Shown one piece after another: positions 12,037 to 26,364 of a stretch of DNA of 64,000 nucleotides (position 1 is the first letter of the stretch; each line of letters starts with the position of its first letter). The notes below the pieces were generated by a model. It did no database searches. It saw only the letters and a program-made list of their open reading frames with translations, and was not told the origin of the DNA. The DNA comes from Eledone cirrhosa. Its lineage: Eukaryota. The stretch is from contig OZ024748.1 in the NCBI GenBank assembly GCA_964016885.1, positions 30,752,001 through 30,816,000 of the forward strand. The letters run 5' to 3'. The translations under genes and the position numbers were made by a program.

Positions 12037-12316
12037 ATATATATTTATATATATATGTATATGTATGTGTATGTATGTTGAATAGCACTATATCTGGTGC
12101 TGCCATTGTCCAATATGTAGCCCATAGATATATCATAATTTTAAAGACCTTAGCGTAAATTTGACTGTTATGACTAACACAGCAAGAAACATAGAAGATT
12201 GCCAAGAAACAATTATATAGAATGGTAATCAGAAATATAATCTCCTGTGGATGCCCGATGTTCTTTTTCAGGTTATTTATTTTGTTAGATTCTAAAATTC
12301 TTATATATATATATAT

Positions 12317-12778
12317 ATGTATATATAGTATATTTGGCAATATACTGTATGCTTAATTAAAAACATTTTGAAGACCTTACGCTATTGTTTTAAAGTAGTG
12401 ACTATGTCACTTACTTCTTTTTTCAACAAACAAAGGGAGATAAGCTAACAGATCTCTGTTTCATACTGTTGGTATTCATCAGAGCTTAGCACTCACCTTT
12501 GTCTGTTGAAAATTATAAATGTTGGATTCTTATAGAATTCCAGTAATAATCAGGAACTGATTATACAGAGCGGTTGCCGGTCCAGCAAAAATTGAAAATT
12601 AGAATTGGTGCTCTGAAATAGCGATGTTTATATGAATGTATATATAGTATATTTGGCAATATACTGTATGCTTAATTAAAAACATTTTGAAAACCTTACA
12701 CTATTGTTTTAAAGTAGTGACTATGTCACTTACTTCTTTTTTCAACAAACAAAGGGAGATAAGCTGACAGATCTCTGT
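12317..12778 (-). mobile_element. Partial-tandem 319-nt monomer with hammerhead (retrozyme / Penelope pLTR-like)
   Basis: direct repeats 12317-12459 and 12636-12778, offset 319 nt; abuts (TA)n at 12302-12319. Confidence 0.7.
12441..12488 (-). ncRNA. Type I hammerhead ribozyme motif
   Basis: taagct CTGATGA atac-caaca-gtat GAAA cagagatct GTT agctta; the second repeat copy has GTC at the cleavage triplet. Confidence 0.8.
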
Positions 12779-14180
12779 GTCAAAATGGTGCAGGGCTTTA
12801 TCGGTTGCAGGATGTCCCGAAAGAGGAAGATGTGAGATGAACCGATCAAGTCAGACCTGGCTCAGTTGAACCTCCCAATAGGGATGACACAGGACTGAGA
12901 CACTACAATGTATGACAAAAGACCCATGTCGACAACTCAACCCTGGATTCAGTTCATAACAGCGTCACACAGCTCCACATTGTAAACAAGGTCAACGGCA
13001 GGCCTATTTAGTAACATGGTTCCTTTTATGAGTAAGGCTTGGTGCGGCCAACAGGCCCAACCTCCCTTATAAATTATGGTGCCTCTGTAAGCAGGGTATG
13101 GCATGGCCAGCTGGCCTGTCTCTCCTCATTATGGTGCCATCTGGTTCCACACTGTCGGTGTGGTTGGGACTCTCAAAATATGGTTCTGTTGTGAGAAGGG
13201 CTTGGCATAGCCAACTGGCCTGCCCCTCCTCATAACAGTGCCATCCAGTTCCTCACTGCAAATGTGGTTGGTGTTAGGAAGGGCATGCAGCTGTAAAAAT
13301 TCCGGCCAAATTTACAGTTCCGTTTAAGCAAGGTACAGCATGGCCAATCTGGCCAGACTTGACTCATGACATAGAGAGACATAGAGACGACCTGTTTAAC
13401 CCATGCAAGCATGGAACATGGACATTAAACAGTGATGATGATGATGATGATGATGATACATATATGTGTGTTTATGTGTGTGTATGTGAGTGTGTATGTA
13501 TATATATAGAGAGACTTGTGGTTGGTGCTGTATCTGCTAGAAGTAAATATGTATAATTAAATTATACGTAATACTTTTCTGTGATCAGTAAATAAATCAC
13601 CAAATATTGATGCCATGTATATTCTATTTTGGCAGATAGGGTGGGGGATGGGGGTAACTAGGAGAAAGGAACATAGCCTTATAAAACATATTGGCTACCA
13701 TAGCATAAACATGCTATTGGCTACCATAGCATAAACATACTATTGACTACAATAGTATAGATATCTTTCTTCCGTATATTCTATTTTGGGCGGAGATGGT
13801 GAGAGCAGACCTCAGATCACTGAAGCTCACGGAGGAGATGACGAAGGACCGTGACAAGTGGAGAGATGCTGTGCTGAATAGAACCTGTGCCACCCTTGCA
13901 AGCAGGGAAAAGCGGACGTAACATGATGATGATGATGATGATGATATTGATGAGGCACACATTGTAGAGCTAGCCTAGGGTGCTAAATATCCAGATGTTG
14001 GCTCTAGATACTGCATGTGTAAAATATACACAAGTGTGCATAGCTATTGGATAAAATAGAGACATCAAACAAAGGAGTACATATAATTGAGTAAAATTCT
14101 TGAAAACTGTGTCTCTATCGTTGCATCAATTAGATTGTAGAACTAGTTAAACAATATGTATAAAATGACAACACACTTAC

Positions 14181-14408
14181 TTCTGTTTATTTCAGTGTAC
14201 ATCCAACCATCCGTAAAATTTAACCCCCCAGAGTCATGAGTTTCAGTTGACAAATAGCATTCATATTGTGTAGTATCAAAGTCAAATGATTGACATGTAG
14301 CCATTGTTACACATTCATGTAAACATTGAGAATAATTTAATTTACTGAAATATGTATAATTTAAATAATGAAAATAAGAATTGTAAACTATCTCCAAAGG
14401 ACATCCTC
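14181..14408 (-). CDS. Gene A exon 4: PAN/Apple domain (228 nt, phase 1-1)
   Basis: acceptor tttcttgtttcag, donor gtaagt; GGCPLEIVYNSY...SQCLHECVTMATCQSFDFDTTQYECYLSTET...WMYTEINR. Confidence 0.85.
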
Positions 14409-14624
14409 CTGAAACAAGAAAATAGATAAACAGATTAGTTAAAATGAAGCATTGTGAGTTATGTTATAAATGATTGATAAGTATTTCAGAAAGCCAGTAC
14501 AGTTGTCATCATCATCATCATTGTTTTTTGCATCCATTTTTGCAAGCTTGCATGAGTTGGACAATGTCAGGATAAATAGATAGTTTTTTGTGTGTATGGT
14601 TCATGATTTATTATTTAAAATTAA

Positions 14625-14806
14625 TAATTGTTTCTATTTTTGGCACAATTGCTAGCAATTGTCCCAGTGTATTACTGGTACTTTATTTTATCGACCCCCT
14701 AAGGATGAAAGGTAAAGTTAACCTTGGCGGGATTTGAACTCAGACTGTAAAGGGACGTAACTATGCTGGAAAGCATGGCATCTGACCCTCTACCGATACT
14801 GCCAAT
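14625..14806 (-). mobile_element. tRNA-derived SINE copy
   Basis: reverse complement of the 1631-1817 family; more minus copies near 15290-15425, 16135-16350, 16970-17110, 17142-17328. Confidence 0.8.
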
Positions 14807-14929
14807 AGTATAGACATACTATTGACAACAATAGTATAGGCATACTATTGATTACAATAATATAGACATACTATTGAATACAATAGTATTGACATCTTTG
14901 CTGCATGTATTCTATTTTGGAGAAGGAGG

Positions 14930-15130
14930 CACACATTGTAGATCTAGCCTAGGGGGCTAAGTGCCCAGATACACATTGTAGATCTAGTCTAAAAGGCTAA
15001 GTCCCCAGATACACATTGTAGAGCTAGCCTAGGGGGCTAAGTCCCCAGATACATATTGTAGAGCTAGCCTAGGGGGCTAAGTCCCCAGATACACATTGTA
15101 GATCTAGCCTTGAGGGTTAAGTCCTCAGAC
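14930..15130. repeat. 40-bp minisatellite, 5 copies
   Basis: acacattgtagatctagcctagggggctaagtccccagat repeated. Confidence 0.9.
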
Positions 15131-15443
15131 ATTGGCACAGAATACTACATATGTGAAATATATTGGCTACAATTGTATAGGATCTAAATCTATAAGTATT
15201 TTTTTATCTAAAAATGATTGGTTTAAAAGCATCAAATGAAGTGCATCAAGAGTGCATTTAATATCAAGTGTACAGGACATAAATTTTATGTTTGGTGCTT
15301 TATTTTATTGACCTTGGAAGGATGACAGGCAAAGTTGACCTTGGTGGGATTTAAACTCAGAGAGCAGTGAACCAGAACAAATTATAAAGCATTTTATCTA
15401 ATGGCTTAACGACTCAATTCACCACCTGCCATACAAAACAAAG

Positions 15444-15705
15444 GTGTGTGGCATAGTGGTTAGGCTGGGTGTTGGATTTACGATCATAGTGTCATGGGTT
15501 TGATTTCCGGACAGGGCTTTGTGTTCTGGAGCAAAACACTTCATTTCACATTGCTCCAGTATACCCAGCTGAAAATGAGTACCAGTAATAGCTGGGGGCT
15601 GAACTCTGCAATAGACTGCCCTCCAGTCCAGAGGGGAGTCTTGTACTCTCAGTCGCTTAACACTATGGAAACTGGGATAAGCACCAACCCGATGAGCTTG
15701 CGGAC
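15444..15705 (+). mobile_element. Second tRNA-derived SINE family
   Basis: tggcatagtggttagg head, gagcaaaacacttcatttcacattgctcc core; related copies near 38196-38400, 42200-42370, 44220-44460. Confidence 0.65.
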
Positions 15706-15741
15706 TTTAGACTTAGACAGAAAAATAAAAAAATAATTTAC

Positions 15742-16011
15742 CAAATTTTCTGTTGGTTTTCACAGTTCTTCTCAGCTGATAGAAAACAGAAGATGTTGAT
15801 GGAACTAATTCCTTGGAATTTGAATCAGCTTTGTACAAAATGCACTTTGATGCATAAGTGAGCACAAAGGATTTACATTGGCTAGATTGAAAACATCTCT
15901 TTGAACAGTTGAATTCATCCAGATTATAGGTAAACCATGAACTATTTAAATTGAGAACACTGTTGTTTACTTTCATGAAAAGATCCAGGTAGTCGACCGT
16001 AACAGAATCGG
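15742..16011 (-). CDS. Gene A exon 3: PAN/Apple domain (270 nt, phase 1-1)
   Basis: acceptor tgttttaatctag, donor gtaaat; DYLDLFMKVNNSVL...DEFNCSKRCFQSSQCKSFVLTYASKCILY...FYQLR. Confidence 0.85.
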
Positions 16012-16358
16012 CTAGATTAAAACAAAAATACAAAGACACACATATAAAGTAAATGTAATAAAATGAAATAAGATAAAATAAAATAAAATAAAAAATAAGC
16101 AATTGTCAAAAAAAGGTAATTGAGTTATAATGATTTCTAATTTACTCACAACACCAACAATTTGTGAGGAGGGGAAATTTGATTACTTCGACCCCAGTAC
16201 TTGACTGGTACTTTATTTTATTGATCTCAGAAGGATGAAAAGCAAAGCTAACCTCGATAGGATTTGAACTCAGAACATAAAGGAAAGTAACTATATGCCA
16301 CAAAGCTTGGTGTCCAATACTACCAATACTACCAACACTGCTACCCTAATAATTCAGT

Positions 16359-16359
<1 letters not shown>

Positions 16360-16391
<32 letters not shown>

Positions 16392-16760
16392 GAAATTATT
16401 GTGTACAGTGCTCAGGTGCACTACAATTCATCAAAGGTACATGTATAGTACATAGAATAATATACAAATGTCGGGGAAGTAAATAGTGTATAAGTCATGA
16501 TATATATGTGTGCGTGTGTATGAAAGGAGAATATTAGGTGTAGTGTTGGCGAATCTCAGGAAGCATGGAGGTTTTAAAGGATGCAGTGTTTTCACAGCTA
16601 ACAACTGATGCAGGTAGTTTGTTCCATGCTTCAGCAACTCTGAGCATGAAAAATTGTTTCCGAAAGTCATGGGAGATGTGCTTGATTTCTGACTTTGTGG
16701 GCATGCCCACGTGTGTTAGACACATGGAAATCAAAAAGGTACTCAGGGTAATGATATAGA
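16360..16760 (-). mobile_element. CR1/L2-group LINE 3' fragment with (TTA)n tail
   Basis: RKQFFMLRVAEAWNKLPASVV...FKTSML matches the CR1 C-terminal R..FF..RV...WN.LP motif. Confidence 0.7.
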
Positions 16761-17357
16761 ATATTAGTGTGTTTGATGAACAATACTTGTAAGAGTAGAT
16801 TAGAAGATATTGAAATGTGTCTGAGAAAAATGTCTGTGAATGACTTCTTTTAAATTAGTGAATTAATTCAGTATCTTCCATAGTGGCCTTGAGTGTAGAA
16901 CTTTTGAACAATTTCCAGTAGTCACTAAATGTGTGACTATAATGATGATGATGAGGATGATGATAATGTCTACTTTTGGTACAAGGCCAGCAATTTGAAA
17001 TGAAGTGGAACCCTAGTTCATTACTGGTACTTTATTTTATCGACTCCGTAAGGATGAAAGGCAAAGCTAACTTCGGTGAGATTTGAACTTATAAAGCCAG
17101 AACAAATATTGTTAATGCTGTATTGTTGACAAAATAATAATTGTTTTTACTTTTGGCACAAGGCCAATAATTACCGAGTACATTACTGGAACTTTATTTT
17201 ATCGACCCCGTAAGGATGAAAGGCAAAGTTAACCTCGACAGGATTTGAACTCAGACCATAACGGGACGTAACTATGCTGGAAAGCATGGCGTCCAACCCT
17301 CTACCGATACTGCCAATTCACCCCCTTTTGACAAAATAATAATGATAATCTACTTAC

Positions 17358-17393
17358 AACCATTTTCAAATTTCCATAAGACACTGAGGAAAA
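17358..17393 (-). CDS. Gene A exon 2 (36 nt): hydrophobic core of the signal peptide
   Basis: acceptor ttttcattgcag, donor gtaagt; FFLSVLWKFENG, phase 1-1. Confidence 0.7.
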
Positions 17394-17599
17394 CTGCAAT
17401 GAAAATTGGTTTTGTCAAATAATTTAAATTGATTGTTTCATATTCATTCACATACAATTTAATAGAAAAAGAACCCAAAAAATGTTTTGATTGAGAAGAA
17501 AGAATGGAATGTAAAATTAAGGAAATATGAAAAAAACCGGAAAAGGAAGGGAAAGGCAAGGGCTCTAGTGTCAAAGAATGGGGAGGGGAGGGTGGTGGT

Positions 17600-18370
17600 C
17601 TCTGGGCCTAGGGCACAGCAGTAATAGTGCTGCACCCTGTGGACAAGACCACAAAAGCATTCCCACAGACTATGGCCAGTGACACCTGCTGCAACAGCCA
17701 CTCCACCTCATGGGGTTCCCTCCTCAGGTGGGCAGCTGATGTTCTGATCTTGCAGAGCAGTACTGCTGTGCAGGGTCCAAGTATGCCTGAGGTCTCGATG
17801 GCGACCGGTGCGAAGAGGAAGCAGCCGAACAATCCCCAGTATTTGTTTATCTTCCTTTCCTCTGCATAGCGGGCTGCAGTACTGGGGTTCGTGGCTGAAG
17901 CGACTAAGTTGGAGACAGAGAATGTGTCACAACATGTGGAATCTCAGATAAGAGATCAACTTCATTTGAATGGGAAGAGGGTAATTCCGCCGGGGCACTT
18001 GCTGTTTCTGTGGTCAAGGCCGGCTGGCTCCAGTTGTGATGGGAAGCCAGCTGTGACCAGGCTCCTTCTCAATATGTTGTTGAGAGCAGCAAGACAGTGG
18101 GTGCAGCCCGAGGTGTTGGGCCACTCTGATGTGAGTGAACTCATCATCAAAAAGGGCACCAAATTGAGCCATGTGCTGCTGTTTGGCTGTGAAGTGGAGT
18201 GGAGGCAGGTGAGGCAGTGTTGGTCAAAGCTAGACTCGATCCGCCTGAAAGAAGGCCTGCATTTGATGTTGTCCCAGTTACGTTGGACATTTGTATACTG
18301 GGGGACAGAAAGGCCTTCGCCTGTCCAGTCGGCCACAGCCTGTTCAAGCTCTGGGGCAATATCAGGTTTT
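17600..18370 (-). mobile_element. Decayed CRE-like (RLE-type) non-LTR retrotransposon 3' fragment
   Basis: AGFPSQLEPAGL, PVAIETSGILGP, WLLQQVSLAIVCGNA; homologous to 54366-56160. Confidence 0.75.
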
Positions 18371-19521
18371 TACAGCAATAAATGATTATAATTTATTTTT
18401 TAATTCATGTGGTTCCTTTGTTATGGATTATTTTCAGCTTGAACTTCAGTATTATCAGAATCAAACCACAGTCACTGTTGATGTCTGTACTAGGGAAGGT
18501 CCCAGTCCAGGCCTTATTGATTCTTTGGATGTGCGAAGATGCAGTCAATTTGGTTGTGAGTCCTGCCCATGTTGTTCTCCGTGAGGTTTTGTGTGGGAAC
18601 AATGTGTTGGCTAAGGTCAGTTTGGGGCTGCTAGCAAACCCTACAAATGGAGTTCATGACTGTTGGTTTCTCTAATCCCAAATGGAGTGTTCAGATAGAG
18701 CATTTACCATGGAGTCCGGCAGCATCCTTAGGGACGGATGAGTACACTGATTCTCATCTGACTTTCGGCTTTCAGAATTTTTTTGGCCACACCCCAGTAA
18801 CTGCTTCTGCTGGCAAGCTAAACTTAGTGATGTATATATACATATATGTACAACTATTTACATATAAATCATCATCATCATCATCATTGTTTAACATCCA
18901 CTTTTCCACACTAGCATGACTTAGATAAGTTGTCCGTTGTGAGATAAGTTGTCAGATGACTACATCTTGCTCATACAGAACTGATTTTGGCTTGGTTCTC
19001 TGGCTGGATGCCCTCCCTAACGCCAACCACATTTACAGTGTGGGCTGGGTGCGTTTTATCATGACACCTTCACAACCAATTTACAGTGTGGCCTGGGTGT
19101 TTTTTGTCATGTCACCTACATGATGCATATATATAAATGTAAGTATTCACTGCATTTTTTGACTAAAGAAATTTTAGCCTGACAGTGGGGTTTAGAACCC
19201 TCTAAGAAATGGAAAAAGATGAGTATTGACGTAAGTCATCTTTTTCCATTTATATATATATATGTATATATATATGTATATGTCGGCTCACTCTTGAGTG
19301 CTACTGGTAACATGTGACCCAGTACAACCTATTGCATGGTCATGTCATCAGCGACTAAACCGGCAACCCCACCAGGTTTACTTGGTGAGGAGGGTGATTT
19401 TGGACACCCTGCAGGATAAAAAACAAAACTGACAAAGGGCGTAAGAACTCATAAGAGTCAACAGCCATCCAAAAATGTGTAAATATGTATATACATGTAT
19501 ACATGTCTATGTATGTATATA

Positions 19522-19577
<56 letters not shown>

Positions 19578-19622
19578 TAAACAAATAATGAATAAACAAT
19601 TCCTTATATTAAACAAAAAAAG

Positions 19623-19776
19623 TTCATTATTTAACGATCGTTTCTAGGATATATATGTGTTAGAATTGGTATGCATATTCAACAGATCTATGTACAAAAT
19701 TATACAAAATTATACAAATTATCAAGATTAAATATACATACCAACACATATATACGCCGTCTTCAGAAATAATGAA
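19623..19776 (-). ncRNA. Hammerhead-like motif with long stem II (left-arm copy)
   Basis: reverse complement of 25964-26117. Confidence 0.55.
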
Positions 19777-20689
19777 GTATATTTATTGATAATAACAACA
19801 ATTCAAAATTTCAGGTCCGTTTGGGAACAAAATTGACCAATGAAAACACAAAGGGTTAAATGCAGTTCGGTGTGTGTATATACATGTAAAACCCTTACAC
19901 ATATTTTACAAAAATGTATGTATAATTTGTATACGCATACTAAAAGGATGGATGCAAATACAAAATTTCAAGGTTAATGTCTCTGTAAGTTTATAATGCA
20001 CATATAAGATGCGTATTGACACAAGTATGAAATTAAGTATATAAATATATTTTTTCATACTCACACATATCCGTACAATCACACATACACACGCGTATAT
20101 GCATAAATATACACATAACCACGAACATACAAACACACACACACCCCCACTCACATTTATATATGTGGATATAAAATCATAAGCACATGGATATTAATTC
20201 ACTCACATAAAACATTGGCACACACATTTTTAGATCAAGATACAGAAATTAGGTGGGAGGGGGGGGGGAGAGGTCAGTATTCAACGGTCTGAGCAGACTG
20301 CCTAATATAGATGTATCTATAAACTAAGAAAATAAAAAAATAAAAAATAATAAATAAACATTAAAGAGGAAAGAATAGAAAGAAAAAAGAAAAAAGAAAA
20401 AAAGAAAAAAGAAATATATCAAGAAAATATATATATATATATATATATACATATATATATACACATACACATATATATATATATATATACACACACATTT
20501 ATATATATATAATATACATATATATACACATAGACACACACACACACATACATAAATATACACACATATATACAAACACATACATACATATACACACATC
20601 CACACTAAGAACATACATACACACACATATATAAACATATACATATACACACATACATACATATACACATATACATACAAATACACATA

Positions 20690-20743
<54 letters not shown>

Positions 20744-21059
20744 TATGTATATACACGTACATATACACACACATATACATATAATCACACATACTATATA
20801 GACACACATATATATAACCACACACATACATGCACATATACAACACTTACACACTAATATACATACAGATATACACATACATAGCTATATATACACACAA
20901 ATATATACAGACTTACATATATACATACAGACAAATACTTACGCATCTATATATCGGTATATACATACAAACACCACTACACTATCACACAACTTAGAAA
21001 TACAAAGAGAAAGGTATATACCTATACACACATACATATACAAATAGAAAAACATATAG

Positions 21060-21090
<31 letters not shown>

Positions 21091-21378
21091 TATATATATA
21101 CATATTTATATATAACATATATATATATATATATATACATACACATACATATACACATACACACACATACACATACACACACATACATACATGTACACAC
21201 ACATAGAAATATATACGCATACACACATACACACATACATATAAAGTCATACACACACAAACACCTACACGAACATACACATACACATATATAAAGATAT
21301 ATATACACACACACACACACACAACACATACACACATACACATATATATAAAAAAAAATAAATAATAAAGATATATAC

Positions 21379-21433
<55 letters not shown>

Positions 21434-21788
21434 CATATATATATACATACACATACATACACACATACATAGACAAACATGTACATACATACACGTACAT
21501 CGATATACATACATATATATATACACACATAGACATATACATACATACACACACAACTTTCATACACACATATATATACATGTATATTCATACATAGAAT
21601 TAGATATATAATCATACATACATATGCACTTACTTATACTCATATATACAAATACATACGCATCCATATATGCGTATATACATAAAAACGCCACTACAAC
21701 CTCACCTAACTCGGACATACAAATAAAAATAAAAAGGCATATGTATATACATATATACACGCATTAATAGAGACATATATATACACAT

Positions 21789-21848
<60 letters not shown>

Positions 21849-22089
21849 ATTCATATATATATATATATAGATACCCACACACACATAGCACCATAAATAC
21901 ACATACAAACACCCACATATACATATATATACACACGTATATATATATATATATATACACACACATAAAAAACAGACATGCACATATATATATATATTTT
22001 TTTACACTTATATATACACATATTATATACACATACACAACCTCACATATACACACATACACATAAGTTATATTATAATAATAAAAAAA

Positions 22090-22156
<67 letters not shown>

Positions 22157-22221
22157 CATATAGACATATATATACATATATACACACATACGAATATAGA
22201 CATATAATCACACATAGACAC

Positions 22222-22260
<39 letters not shown>

Positions 22261-22513
22261 TACATATACACAGACACATATACATACTCACATATATATG
22301 TGTGTGCACACACACATATATACACACATACACATATATACACATAAACACATATATGTGCATACATGCACACACACACACATATATCACATAGATACGA
22401 AGATAGACATATAAATAGAGAGACATACATATATATACACAACACACATACACACACATACAAACACACACACATACATATACATATATATACATATATA
22501 TATATTTCTATAT

Positions 22514-22546
<33 letters not shown>

Positions 22547-23183
22547 TACATATATATACACATACACATATACATACACACATTCACATACACATACATA
22601 TATACATGCATATATACACATATATACATACATACACACACTCATATATACACACACAATCTTACATTCATATTTGCATGCGCATATATGTATTTTTATA
22701 TTCAGATATAAATACACCTTAGAAATCAATATGTTAACTATCTTTGGTTTAGTTAACATATAATTAATGGTATACTTGTTTATTTTGAGATGCATAGATT
22801 TTGCCTTAGTTCTTGTTTATTGTATTTCCTAACACTGAAACTATGTAAAAACATACATTGGATTAAGATACGGAAAATATTCTATGTTTCTTGAAACATA
22901 TATTTACTATGATCCCCTTCTCCAAACCCCCCCTTTCCCCCATACTATTATCATCTGTATTTGTATGCGTGTATGTATGAATATATATGTAGGTAGGTGT
23001 CTATATAGGTTTGGGTATTTATATCTGAATATAAAAATACATATATGCGCATGCAAATATGAATGTAAGATTGTGTGTGTATATATGAGTGTGTGTATGT
23101 ATGTATATATGTGTATATATGCATGTATATATGTATGTGTATGTGAATGTGTGTATGTATATGTGTATGTGTATATATATGTA

Positions 23184-23216
<33 letters not shown>

Positions 23217-23469
23217 ATATAGAAATATATATATATGTATATATATGTATATGTATGTGTGTGTGTTTGTATGTGTGTGTATGTGTGTTGTGTATATATA
23301 TGTATGTCTCTCTATTTATATGTCTATCTTCGTATCTATGTGATATATGTGTGTGTGTGTGCATGTATGCACATATATGTGTTTATGTGTATATATGTGT
23401 ATGTGTGTATATATGTGTGTGTGCACACACATATATATGTGAGTGTGTATATGTGTCTGTGTATATGTA

Positions 23470-23504
<35 letters not shown>

Positions 23505-23571
23505 GGGTGTCTATGTGTGATTATATGTCTATATTCGTATGTGTGTATATATGTATATATATGTCTATATG

Positions 23572-23640
<69 letters not shown>

Positions 23641-23883
23641 TTTTTTTATTATTATAATATAACTTATGTGTATGTGTGTATATGTGAGGTTGTGTATGTG
23701 TATATAATATGTGTATATATAAGTGTAAAAAAATATATATATATATGTGCATGTCTGTTTTTTATGTGTGTGTATATATATATATATATATATACGTGTG
23801 TATATATATGTATATGTGGGTGTTTGTATGTGTATTTATGGTGCTATGTGTGTGTGGGTATCTATATATATATATATATGAAT

Positions 23884-23941
<58 letters not shown>

Positions 23942-24296
23942 ATGTGTATATATATGTCTCTATTAATGCGTGTATATATGTATATACATATGCCTTTTTA
24001 TTTTTATTTGTATGTCCGAGTTAGGTGAGGTTGTAGTGGCGTTTTTATGTATATACGCATATATGGATGCGTATGTATTTGTATATATGAGTATAAGTAA
24101 GTGCATATGTATGTATGATTATATATCTAATTCTATGTATGAATATACATGTATATATATGTGTGTATGAAAGTTGTGTGTGTATGTATGTATATGTCTA
24201 TGTGTGTATATATATATGTATGTATATCGATGTACGTGTATGTATGTACATGTTTGTCTATGTATGTGTGTATGTATGTGTATGTATATATATATG

Positions 24297-24355
<59 letters not shown>

Positions 24356-24644
24356 GTATATATCTTTATTATTTATTTTTTTTTTATATATATGTGTATG
24401 TGTGTATGTGTTGTGTGTGTGTGTGTGTGTATATATATCTTTATATATGTGTATGTGTATGTTCGTGTAGGTGTTTGTGTGTGTATGACTTTATATGTAT
24501 GTGTGTATGTGTGTATGCGTATATATTTCTATGTGTGTGTACATGTATGTATGTGTGTGTATGTGTATGTGTGTGTATGTGTATATGTATGTGTATGTAT
24601 ATATATATATATATATATGTTATATATAAATATGTATATATATA

Positions 24645-24680
<36 letters not shown>

Positions 24681-24993
24681 TATGTTTTTCTATTTGTATA
24701 TGTATGTGTGTATAGGTATATACCTTTCTCTTTGTATTTCTAAGTTGTGTGATAGTGTAGTGGTGTTTGTATGTATATACCGATATATAGATGCGTAAGT
24801 ATTTGTCTGTATGTATATATGTAAGTCTGTATATATTTGTGTGTATATATAGCTATGTATGTGTATATCTGTATGTATATTAGTGTGTAAGTGTTGTATA
24901 TGTGCATGTATGTGTGTGGTTATATATATGTGTGTCTATATAGTATGTGTGATTATATGTATATGTGTGTGTATATGTACGTGTATATACATA

Positions 24994-25047
<54 letters not shown>

Positions 25048-25963
25048 TATGTGTATTTGTATGTATATGTGTATATGTATGTATGTGTGTATATGTATAT
25101 GTTTATATATGTGTGTGTATGTATGTTCTTAGTGTGGATGTGTGTATATGTATGTATGTGTTTGTATATATGTGTGTATATTTATGTATGTGTGTGTGTG
25201 TGTCTATGTGTATATATATGTATATTATATATATATAAATGTGTGTGTATATATATATATATATATATGTGTATGTGTATATATATATGTATATATATAT
25301 ATATATATATATTTTCTTGATATATTTCTTTTTTCTTTTTTTCTTTTTTCTTTTTTCTTTCTATTCTTTCCTCTTTAATGTTTATTTATTATTTTTTATT
25401 TTTTTACTTTCTTAGTTTATAGATACATCTATATTAGGCAGTCTGCTCAGACCGTTGAATACTGACCTCTCCCCCCCCCCCTCCCACCTAATTTCTGTAT
25501 CTTGATCTAAAAATGTGTGTGCCAGTGTTTTATGTGAGTGAATTAATATCCATGTGCTTATGATTTTATATCCACATATATAAATGTGAGTGGGGGTGTG
25601 TGTGTGTTTGTATGTTCGTGGTTATGTGTATATTTATGCATATACGCGTGTGTATGTGTGATTGTACGGATATGTGTGAGTATGAAAAAATATATTTATA
25701 TACTTAATTTCATACTTGTGTCAATACGCATCTTATATGTGCATTATAAACTTACAGAGACATTAACCTTGAAATTTTGTATTTGCATCCATCCTTTTAG
25801 TATGCGTATACAAATTATACATACATTTTTGTAAAATATGTGTAAGGGTTTTACATGTATATACACACACCGAACTGCATTTAACCCTTTGTGTTTTCAT
25901 TGGTCAATTTTGTTCCCAAACGGACCTGAAATTTTGAATTGTTGTTATTATCAATAAATATAC

Positions 25964-26117
25964 TTCATTATTTCTGAAGACGGCGTATATATGTGTTGGT
26001 ATGTATATTTAATCTTGATAATTTGTATAATTTTGTATAATTTTGTACATAGATCTGTTGAATATGCATACCAATTCTAACACATATATATCCTAGAAAC
26101 GATCGTTAAATAATGAA
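25964..26117 (+). ncRNA. Type I hammerhead-like motif with ~115-nt stem II insertion
   Basis: ttcattattt CTGAAGA ...tatatatgtgtt...aacacatatata... GAAA cgatc GTT aaataatgaa; 10-bp perfect stem I, palindromic stem III ACGATCGT; base of stem II imperfect. Confidence 0.6.
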
Positions 26118-26303
26118 CTTTTTTTGTTTAATATAAGGAATTGTTTATTCATTATTTGTTTAATATTTTATCTTGACTCTGTATACCGTTTATCTTTCAC
26201 CGAAAGTGATTTTTCATTACATCTCTTCTTTCCATGATATCCGGAATACATTGAGTTCTTCATACGGATTGGACACTACCGTAAACTCTTGGTAGATTTA
26301 TCT

Positions 26304-26364
<61 letters not shown>

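Larger units (their letters stand above)
19570..26171. repeat. Near-perfect 6.6-kb palindrome: arms 19570-22715 and 23015-26171, 299-bp spacer
   Basis: identical mirror ORFs (19906-20154 minus = 25586-25834 plus); arms differ mainly in TA/homopolymer run length; left end abuts (TA)n. Confidence 0.95.

Noticed and set aside
20324-25378. Dozens of long YIYI/CVCV ORFs
   Set aside because: Translations of TA/TG microsatellite, mirrored by the palindrome; no coding signal
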